64,000 nucleotides of DNA from Candidatus Latescibacterota bacterium (lineage in GTDB: Bacteria; Latescibacterota; UBA2968), in contig OZ242195.1 of assembly GCA_965205975.1 (NCBI GenBank), forward strand, positions 2,304,001-2,368,000, given 5' to 3'. The position numbers were made by a program, and so were the translations under genes. Positions 10,527 to 17,782 of this stretch are shown piece after piece (positions within the stretch are counted from its first letter, which is position 1; each line of letters begins with the position of its first letter). The notes below the pieces were generated by a model. That model searched no databases and was not told where the DNA came from. It worked only from the letters and a program-made list of their open reading frames with translations.

Positions 10527-12036
10527 TCCAGCGTCAATTGTGCAAAAATTGTGGAATTACTGCAATGTCCTGCGCGATGACGGCGTCAGTTATGGCGATT
10601 ATGTCGAGCAGTTGACCTACTTGCTTTTTTTGAAGATGGCCGACGAGCAGACCTGGCCGCCCTACAATAGGGAATCAATTATCCCATCAAATAAAGACGG
10701 CAATGCGCTTGATTGGCCCAGCTTGATTGAAAAAGATGGTGATGCCCTCGAAAACCATTACCGACACATCCTCACTGAGCTTGCCAGAGCTGACGGGATG
10801 CTGGGTGTGATCTTTCGCAAATCTCAAAACAAAATACAGGACCCGGCCAAGCTCAAGCGCATCATCTATCTCATTAATGAAGAAACCTGGATGGGAATGG
10901 ATATTGATGTGAAAGGCGAGATTTATGAAGGACTCTTGCAGAAAAACGCCGAGGATGTCAAGGGTGGTGCCGGTCAGTATTTTACCCCACGTCCCCTCAT
11001 CAAGGCGATGGTTGAGGTAATGCAGCCAAAACCCGATATGACGATCTGCGACCCAGCCTGTGGCACGGGCGGTTTCTTTCTGGCCGTGCACAAATATCTA
11101 TCAGAGAACTACAGGCTTGATCGGAAGCAAAAGGAATTTCTGCGCTTCAACACGTTCACCGGTACGGACATCGTTGACGGCGTCGTCAGACTGTGTGCGA
11201 TGAACCTTTATTTGCACGGCATCGGCGGAGATGAAAGCCCGGTCACGGTGGGTGACAGTCTGATCAGCGATCCTGGTGATCGCTTTGACATGGTGCTCAC
11301 CAATCCTCCCTTTGGCAAGAAAAGCAGCGTCACCATCGTCAACGACGAGGGCAAGGCCGACAAAGAAGCCCTCACCTATGAGCGCGAAGACTTTTGGGCA
11401 ACCACCTCCAACAAGCAGTTGAACTTTTTGCAGCACATCAAGACCCTGCTCAAGATCAACGGCAGTGCGGCAGTGGTACTGCCCGATAATGTGCTCTTTG
11501 AAGGGGGGGCTGGCGAGACGGTGCGCAAGAAACTGCTACAGGAAGCCGACGCACATACCCTTCTTCGCCTACCCACGGGCATCTTTTACGCGCAGGGCGT
11601 GAAAGCCAATGTCTTGTTCTTTGACCGCAAGCCAGCAAGCGAGCATCCCCGGACAGAGAAGTTGTGGATTTACGATTTGAGGACGAACAAGCATTTCACG
11701 CTCAAGAAGAATCCATTGCGCTTTGAGGACTTGCATGATTTCATCGAATGCTACAACCCTGAAAATCGACACGACCGCAAGGAAACCGAGCGGTTCAAGT
11801 CCTTTGCGTATGATGAGTTGATGCAACGGGACAAGGTGAGTCTGGACATCTTTTGGCTGCGAGATGAAAGCCTCGAAGAGTCCGAGAACCTTCCAGAACC
11901 AGACGTGATTGCTGCGGAGATTACTGAAAATCTGGAGGCAGCATTAGAGCAGTTTGCGAGTATTTACGAGGAGATTGCTCCCAACGAGGATGAGACAACC
12001 GAAGAGTACCTCGAATCTCTGACCCAAACTAATTGA
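10498..12036 (+). CDS. hsdM: Type I methyltransferase subunit M
   Basis: IVQKLWNYCNVLRDDG, GQYFTPR, DPACGTGGF, NPPF; ATG 10498 after AGGAG. Confidence 0.95.
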   Translation: MPSEVSRLNDPASIVQKLWNYCNVLRDDGVSYGDYVEQLTYLLFLKMADEQTWPPYNRESIIPSNKDGNALDWPSLIEKDGDALENHYRHILTELARADGMLGVIFRKSQNKIQDPAKLKRIIYLINEETWMGMDIDVKGEIYEGLLQKNAEDVKGGAGQYFTPRPLIKAMVEVMQPKPDMTICDPACGTGGFFLAVHKYLSENYRLDRKQKEFLRFNTFTGTDIVDGVVRLCAMNLYLHGIGGDESPVTVGDSLISDPGDRFDMVLTNPPFGKKSSVTIVNDEGKADKEALTYEREDFWATTSNKQLNFLQHIKTLLKINGSAAVVLPDNVLFEGGAGETVRKKLLQEADAHTLLRLPTGIFYAQGVKANVLFFDRKPASEHPRTEKLWIYDLRTNKHFTLKKNPLRFEDLHDFIECYNPENRHDRKETERFKSFAYDELMQRDKVSLDIFWLRDESLEESENLPEPDVIAAEITENLEAALEQFASIYEEIAPNEDETTEEYLESLTQTN

Positions 12037-12051
12037 CAAAAAGGAGCATTG

Positions 12052-13839
12052 ATGCAGAAAGATTATTCTGAAGTCAAAGGTCAACTGCGAAGTCAAGAGT
12101 GGTTCAACAACCCGCACAACATGGGCATGACAGCCGTCTATGTCGAACGCTACATGAACTACGGCTGGACGCGCGAAGAACTCCAATCGGGCAAACCCGT
12201 TATCGGCATCGCGCAAACGGGCGGCGACCTTACCCCCTGCAACCGCATTCACGTCGAATTGGTCGATCGCGTCAAAGCCGGTATCCGCGACAACGGCGGC
12301 ATACCCTTTGAATTTCCCGTACACCCCATTGCCGAACAGGGCAAACGCCCCACCGCTGCCCTCGACCGCAACCTCGCCTACCTCGGACTGGTCGAAATCC
12401 TGCACGGCTATCCCATTGACGGCGTCGTGCTCACCACCGGATGCGACAAAACCACACCCGCCTGCATCATGGCCGCCTGCACCATGAACCTGCCCGCAAT
12501 CGTCCTCTCTGGCGGCCCCATGCTCGACGGGCACTGGCGCGGTCGTCTGGCCGGATCAGGCACAGTTGTATGGGAAGCCCGCGAACGCTACGCGGCTGGT
12601 GAAATCGACTACGACGGATTCATGGATATCGTCACATCATCCTCGCCCAGTGTGGGCCATTGCAACACAATGGGAACCGCCCTATCCATGAACTCCCTGG
12701 CAGAAGCCCTTGGACTATCGCTTACCGGATGTGCGGCCATCCCCGCACCCTATCGCGCCCGCAAGCAAATGGCCTATCGCACGGGCCTGCGCATCGTCGA
12801 TATGGTCAAAGAAGATCTCACCCCCGACAAGGTCCTCACGCCAGAAGCCTTCCAAAACGCCGTTGTCGTCAACTCTGCGCTCGGCGGTTCGACCAATGCG
12901 CCGGTCCATATCACCGCCATGGCGCGACACATCGGGCTGGAACTGCCAGCAAAAGACTGGCAAACCCAGGGTCACCACATTCCCCTGCTCGTCAACTGTC
13001 AGCCCGCAGGCGAATACCTCGGCGAAGCCTTTTACCGCGCCGGTGGCGTACCCGCCGTCATGGCCGAACTCGTCAAAGCCGACAAACTCCACCTCCACTG
13101 CCAGACCGTCACAGGCAAAACCATAGGCGAAAATCTCAAAGGCATCGCCATTGAAGACGAGCGCGTCATCAAGCCCTATGAACAACCCTTAAAAGAAAAC
13201 GCTGGATTCATCGTACTCAGCGGCAATCTCTTTGAAGCGGGCTTGCTCAAAACCTCTGTGATCGGCGACGACTTCCGCAAAAAATATCTCCAGCGCGAAG
13301 GCGACGAAAACGCCTGGGAAGGCATAGCTGTGGTCTTCAACGGCCCCGAAGATTATCACCACCGCATCAACGATCCCGATTTGCCCATCGACGAAAATTC
13401 CATGCTCTTCGTGCGCTATTGCGGTCCCGTAGGCTATCCCGGCTCAGCCGAAGTCGTCAACATGCTCCCGCCCGACCGCCTCGTGCAGGCCGGCATTTCC
13501 GAACTGCCCTGTATCGGCGATGGGCGTCAAAGTGGCACCTCTGCCAGCCCGTCTATACTCAACGCCTCGCCCGAAGCCACAGTAGGCGGTGGCCTTGCCT
13601 TTCTCAAAACGGGCGACCGCGTGCGCATCGACCTCAACACATGCACGGCCAATGTCCTCATCAGCGATCGGGAACTCGCCCAGCGCAGAAAAGACTGGAA
13701 ACAACCCGACCTGGTCCACCAGACGCCCTGGCAGGAAATCTATCGCCAAAATGTGGGACAACTCGCCGATGGCGCATGTATGGAACTGGCAGTCAAATAC
13801 CAGAATGTGCGCGACAATACCCCGCGGCATTCGCATTAA
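12052..13839 (+). CDS. IlvD/Edd family dehydratase (sugar-acid, xylonate-dehydratase-like)
   Basis: PCN, TGCDKT, GHCNTMGTA, GGSTNA, GDGRQSGT; N-terminal LRSQEWF...YVERYMNYG is typical of the XylD-like group. Confidence 0.88.
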   Translation: MQKDYSEVKGQLRSQEWFNNPHNMGMTAVYVERYMNYGWTREELQSGKPVIGIAQTGGDLTPCNRIHVELVDRVKAGIRDNGGIPFEFPVHPIAEQGKRPTAALDRNLAYLGLVEILHGYPIDGVVLTTGCDKTTPACIMAACTMNLPAIVLSGGPMLDGHWRGRLAGSGTVVWEARERYAAGEIDYDGFMDIVTSSSPSVGHCNTMGTALSMNSLAEALGLSLTGCAAIPAPYRARKQMAYRTGLRIVDMVKEDLTPDKVLTPEAFQNAVVVNSALGGSTNAPVHITAMARHIGLELPAKDWQTQGHHIPLLVNCQPAGEYLGEAFYRAGGVPAVMAELVKADKLHLHCQTVTGKTIGENLKGIAIEDERVIKPYEQPLKENAGFIVLSGNLFEAGLLKTSVIGDDFRKKYLQREGDENAWEGIAVVFNGPEDYHHRINDPDLPIDENSMLFVRYCGPVGYPGSAEVVNMLPPDRLVQAGISELPCIGDGRQSGTSASPSILNASPEATVGGGLAFLKTGDRVRIDLNTCTANVLISDRELAQRRKDWKQPDLVHQTPWQEIYRQNVGQLADGACMELAVKYQNVRDNTPRHSH

Positions 13840-13850
13840 ATCTTTACCTC

Positions 13851-14531
13851 GTGATCTTTCCAACACCCGAAGAATACACCGTCCTCTTTCTATCGCTTAA
13901 AGTGGGCCTGCTCTGCGTGGTTATAAGCCTGCCCTTTGCCGTATTGTTGGGCTGGGTGCTGGCGCGCAAAAGCTTTCGCGGCAAGCTCATCCTCGACGGT
14001 CTGTGTCACCTGCCCCTTGTGTTGCCACCTGTGGTTGTCGGGTATCTGCTCCTCCTCCTGTTGGGTCGCCGGGGGGTTCTGGGTCAAATTTTGAGCGACT
14101 GGTTTGGAATGCAAATCGCATTTACCTGGCGAGGTGCTGTATTAGCCGCCGCTGTAGTGGGTTTTCCACTCATGTTAAGAGCCGTTCGCCTCGCCATCGA
14201 AAGTGTTGACCCCCGCCTCGAACGCGCTGCTCGCACCCTGGGTGCCAATCCGATCCGCGCCTTTTTCTCTATAACGCTGCGCCTGGCCGCGCCCGGTGTA
14301 CTCGTCGGTTCTCTCCTTGCATTTGCACGCAGTCTCGGCGAATTTGGCGCCACCATCACCTTTGTCTCCAATATTGCTGGCGAAACCCGCACACTTCCAC
14401 TCGCCATTTTCACGTACATCAACCAGCCCGACGGCGAAGCCGCTGCCGCACGCCTCGTCTTACTCTCCATCATCCTATCTCTGGGTGCGCTCATCGCCAG
14501 TGAAGCCATCGCCCGCAAAATGAAAAATTAA
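13851..14531 (+). CDS. modB: Molybdate ABC transporter permease
   Basis: LPLVLPPVVVGYLLL, ERAARTLGA, FARSLGEFGATI; GTG start inferred at 13851. Confidence 0.92.
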   Translation: MIFPTPEEYTVLFLSLKVGLLCVVISLPFAVLLGWVLARKSFRGKLILDGLCHLPLVLPPVVVGYLLLLLLGRRGVLGQILSDWFGMQIAFTWRGAVLAAAVVGFPLMLRAVRLAIESVDPRLERAARTLGANPIRAFFSITLRLAAPGVLVGSLLAFARSLGEFGATITFVSNIAGETRTLPLAIFTYINQPDGEAAAARLVLLSIILSLGALIASEAIARKMKN

Positions 14532-14536
14532 ACACC

Positions 14537-15598
14537 ATGCTCACCCTTTGTGTACACAGGCAACTCGTCGAATTTACCCTCGAAATCGATGTGACGTGTG
14601 CCTATCTCGTCACCGCAATATTTGGACCTTCGGGCTGCGGCAAAACCACCCTCTTGAATCTCATAAGCGGCCTGATGCGACCAGATAGCGGTCAAATCAG
14701 TATTGATGACACCATTTTATTTGACGCCAAAAAAGGCATTGACCTGCCACCGGAAAAGCGACGCATAGGCCACGTATTTCAAGACGATTTGCTTTTTCCA
14801 CACCTGACCGCGCGCCAGAATCTCCTGTATGGGTATCAATTTCTCGCGCCATCAGAACGCAAGTTTCATCCCGACACCATTATCGACCTGCTCGAACTAA
14901 ACACCCTGCTCGACCGTCTCCCAAATCTCCTCTCAGGTGGTGAACGCCAGCGCGTCGCCCTGGGGCGAGCCATCCTGACTTCTCCCAGACTGCTCATCAT
15001 GGATGAACCCCTGACCGCGCTCGATCAAGAGCTCAAAGACCGCATCATGCCCTATCTGCGCCACATTCGCACGGATTTGGGCATACCCATGCTCTACGTC
15101 AGCCACGCAATTGGCGAAATTCTGCAACTCACCGGACAGGTCATTGTGCTCAATCGCGGGCAAGTACTCGCGCATGGAGATTTCTTTTCTATCGCTCATC
15201 AGCCCAAAATTCTGCCCCTGCTCGAAGCGCATGGTTTTGAAAATGTCCTGCCCGTTGAAGTCATCTCATCCAATCGCGTGCAATACAACAATCAAATCCT
15301 CCATATCCCCCCCTGTGACCGCGCATCGGGCACACAGATCTTTATAGGCATCCGGGCAAACGACATCATTTTGTCCCGGCAGCGACCTGCGGGTTTAAGC
15401 ATTCGCAACGCCCTCTCCGGACGGATTCTCGACATCGTTGAAACGCATGGACGACGCCTCGTGTACATCGATGTGGGCAAACGCCTCGCCGCTGAAGTTA
15501 CGCCCGAAGCGATAGAAGAATTGGCTTTAAAAATCGGCGATTCCGTAATTTGCCTGATAAAAACACACGCCATTCGCATAGGCCCAGATGTCTCTTGA
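14537..15598 (+). CDS. modC: Molybdate ABC transporter ATPase
   Basis: GPSGCGKTT, LPPEKRRIGHVFQD, LSGGERQRVA, C-terminal TOBE (SIRN). Confidence 0.92.
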   Translation: MLTLCVHRQLVEFTLEIDVTCAYLVTAIFGPSGCGKTTLLNLISGLMRPDSGQISIDDTILFDAKKGIDLPPEKRRIGHVFQDDLLFPHLTARQNLLYGYQFLAPSERKFHPDTIIDLLELNTLLDRLPNLLSGGERQRVALGRAILTSPRLLIMDEPLTALDQELKDRIMPYLRHIRTDLGIPMLYVSHAIGEILQLTGQVIVLNRGQVLAHGDFFSIAHQPKILPLLEAHGFENVLPVEVISSNRVQYNNQILHIPPCDRASGTQIFIGIRANDIILSRQRPAGLSIRNALSGRILDIVETHGRRLVYIDVGKRLAAEVTPEAIEELALKIGDSVICLIKTHAIRIGPDVS

Positions 15599-15772
15599 GA
15601 CCTGCGCCACCTCCACTTTCTCAAAAAAACCAAAATTTCTGAAACCCATTCTCAACTTGCACTGTCTATTGTATGTGACATTGGGTAACTATTTTCTTAT
15701 TTTTCGTTCTAAAGTGCATCCAAAGGTATGTAACAGTGAAGATAAAATTTGCAAAAAATTCCAATTTCTTCC

Positions 15773-15801
15773 TTGACGTAATGAAGTTCTCTAACTATCT
15801 T
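15773..15801 (+). promoter_or_regulatory. sigma70-type promoter
   Basis: TTGACG-N17-TATCTT with AT-rich upstream sequence. Confidence 0.65.
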
Positions 15802-15840
15802 TTTAAAGCTAAACATTATTGTTGCAATTCACCAACCTCA

Positions 15841-16033
15841 AACAGGGAATCCATCGTGTATATTCGTAAACCCGCACCACAGGGCTGAGTTTCCTGGAAC
15901 GACATCCAGGGTAACACCTTTACACAAGAGATTTTCGTGTTCAATCTCGCCATTGTTGCCTTTAACAGTCCTATCCAGGATAGCTCGCAATTTAATTAAA
16001 TTGCACGCGCTCTTATTGCGCCTGGGGAGGACT
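15841..16033 (+). ncRNA. Candidate structured RNA or leader (unassigned)
   Basis: Closed multistem 15841-15941 and second stem 15967-16033, paired by eye; no known family recognised. Confidence 0.4.
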
Positions 16034-16065
16034 ATATGGCTTGTTGAATGCATCAAAAAGACACT

Positions 16066-16090
16066 GCCATCCTCTCCGGATGGCTTTTTT
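16066..16090 (+). terminator. Intrinsic terminator 1 of tandem pair
   Basis: GCCATCC-TCTCC-GGATGGC-TTTTTT. Confidence 0.75.
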
Positions 16091-16093
16091 AAT

Positions 16094-16131
16094 GGCCACA
16101 GCGCAAAACGAGACGCGGTGGCCCTTTTTTT
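16094..16131 (+). terminator. Intrinsic terminator 2 of tandem pair
   Basis: GGCCAC.GCG...CGC.GTGGCC-C-TTTTTTT. Confidence 0.7.
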
Positions 16132-16379
16132 CAAAGGAGGCACTATGATTATTTGACAAATGATTGGTAAACAAATATCTGGCTCACCATTTCTCCCCCT
16201 TCATCAGAAAAAGGAGATCTGATATGAGGTCAGTACAAACAGAAAGGCCCTCACGCGAGTCTTTGGCGGGACGACGTGAGGACCCCAGATCACACCGACA
16301 AGTACATGCGGTGTTCCGCATAATTTAGGACAAATTTCCGATAACTGCAAACGAAATCACAAACTTGTAGAGAAATTAG

Positions 16380-16577
16380 ATGCAAACCTGGAAGGATGTA
16401 TTCCGCAGAAAAGAAGAATTGCAAAATCTGAAAAACATCGGATTCTGCTTTCTGATCGTCGTTGCCCTTATCACGGGGTCTTATGCCCTGACGGGGTTGC
16501 GCGACATCTTTCAAGTCTCGCTTGCGGAGCCTACCGAATGGGAAGTCACCGCAACGCCTGACGATATTGACGAGTAA
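16380..16577 (+). CDS. Small single-pass membrane protein (65 aa)
   Basis: Hydrophobic IGFCFLIVVALITGSYAL segment and acidic tail; directly upstream of the ECF sigma gene. Confidence 0.5.
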   Translation: MQTWKDVFRRKEELQNLKNIGFCFLIVVALITGSYALTGLRDIFQVSLAEPTEWEVTATPDDIDE

Positions 16578-16611
16578 ATAGACAATCATTCACAGAGGGG
16601 GGATCCTAACC

Positions 16612-17193
16612 ATGGAGTACGCAGAAGAGCGGGATCTGGTGCGTCGCACGTTAAATGGCGATGCCGGGGCCTTCAACAGCCTTTATAAACGCCATCACGC
16701 CCGGATTCTCGCCACACTGATTGGGCGAACCAGAAATCGACACGATGCTGAAGATTTGATGCAAGTGACTTTCCTGCGCGCCTATCGCGGCTTGTCTGGA
16801 TTCCGCGGGGAGGCCGCATTCTCAACATGGCTAATGCAGATTGCCCTGAACGTGTGTACCACGCACATGCGATCCAAACAAGCCCGCAGATCCTGGCAAC
16901 AAACTATTGAAGATACACAACTCGGTTATCGAGATACGTGGGAGCCAGCCAGTACAGAGCGCCCCGACGATGCGTTGTCTCGAAAAGAATGCCGCGAAAT
17001 GCTCGAAGAAAGCATAGAAGAACTGCCACAGCGATATCGCCATGCCGTGCGATTGCGCTATGTAAAGGATCGATCTTATGCAGAAATTGCCAGAGAACTC
17101 GGCGTGCCAATGGGCACCCTGAAAACCTGGCTTCATCGCGCGCGACACCAGTTGCAAGAATCTCTTAACGACACGGAACTTGCGGCAATGTAA
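16612..17193 (+). CDS. ECF (sigma70 group 4) sigma factor
   Basis: DAEDLMQVTFLRAY, FSTWLMQIALN, SYAEIARELGVPMGTLKTWLHRAR. Confidence 0.93.
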   Translation: MEYAEERDLVRRTLNGDAGAFNSLYKRHHARILATLIGRTRNRHDAEDLMQVTFLRAYRGLSGFRGEAAFSTWLMQIALNVCTTHMRSKQARRSWQQTIEDTQLGYRDTWEPASTERPDDALSRKECREMLEESIEELPQRYRHAVRLRYVKDRSYAEIARELGVPMGTLKTWLHRARHQLQESLNDTELAAM

Positions 17194-17258
17194 AACGTCT
17201 TACAAGGTGTTATCGCAATAGCTGTCAAATTTTAATAATCAAAGGAGAAATTCATTTT

Positions 17259-17471
17259 ATGCACTGCGACATTTGCGGGCGTGAAAACGCGCACATCCAC
17301 AAAATCGACCGCATGTATGGCAAGGGGAAACACACCGTCACCATTCGCAATATTCCCCTTGCGATATGTTCGACCTGTGATGAACGCTATTTTGCGCCTC
17401 GCATACACGACAACGCCGAGCAACTGAGTCCAGCACTTCAAAAACACTCAGAATCGACCTGTCTTGTATAA
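17259..17471 (+). CDS. YgiT/MqsA-type zinc finger protein
   Basis: CDICG...TIRNIP..CSTCDERYF pattern; RBS AAGGAG. Confidence 0.75.
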   Translation: MHCDICGRENAHIHKIDRMYGKGKHTVTIRNIPLAICSTCDERYFAPRIHDNAEQLSPALQKHSESTCLV

Positions 17472-17483
17472 ACAAACAGCTTT

Positions 17484-17520
17484 AAAAAAAGCCGCCGGTA
17501 CATCCATCGGCGGCTTTTTT
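17484..17520. terminator. Intrinsic terminator
   Basis: AAAAAAAGCCGCCGGT...ATCGGCGGCTTTTTT. Confidence 0.8.
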
Positions 17521-17722
17521 GTGTTCATTTTCGGACACTACTGTATCAAAATCGGACACTTGCCCATGTAATTAAATTTTGATGAGGCCAGTTATTTTTT
17601 ATTTTACGCCAGTATTTAAAAGTTCTTTCAAAAATTAAACGATTTATTTTCAGCAGGTTATAAATACAAAAAGTGATTCCATCATCAAAAATGTGCCTGA
17701 ACCACCGACTTATAAAAAAGTT

Positions 17723-17738
17723 TGGCACGATTTTCGCT
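17723..17738 (+). promoter_or_regulatory. sigma54 (-24/-12) promoter
   Basis: TGGCACGATTTTCGCT with correct GG-N10-GC spacing, 45 nt before the permease start. Confidence 0.65.
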
Positions 17739-17782
17739 TAAGATAATCCAAACAATCTTTCCAATTTTCAAAGGAGGTTCTC

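Noticed and set aside
5877..12036. R-M locus as a tRNA-Val-integrated island
   Set aside because: The locus lies on the 5' side of the tRNA; no integrase and no duplicated tRNA 3' end were seen
13419..13850. Long N-terminal extensions in the ORF track (modB here; also 8648, 10345, 26559, 28831, 38326, 59639 and 61180 starts)
   Set aside because: They overlap upstream genes or promoters; better SD-supported or family-consistent starts lie downstream
15841..15890. Cobalamin, c-di-GMP-I, TPP or Moco riboswitch
   Set aside because: Only short fragments match (AACAGGGAATCC, GTAAACC, GCTGAG); the remaining conserved cores are absent
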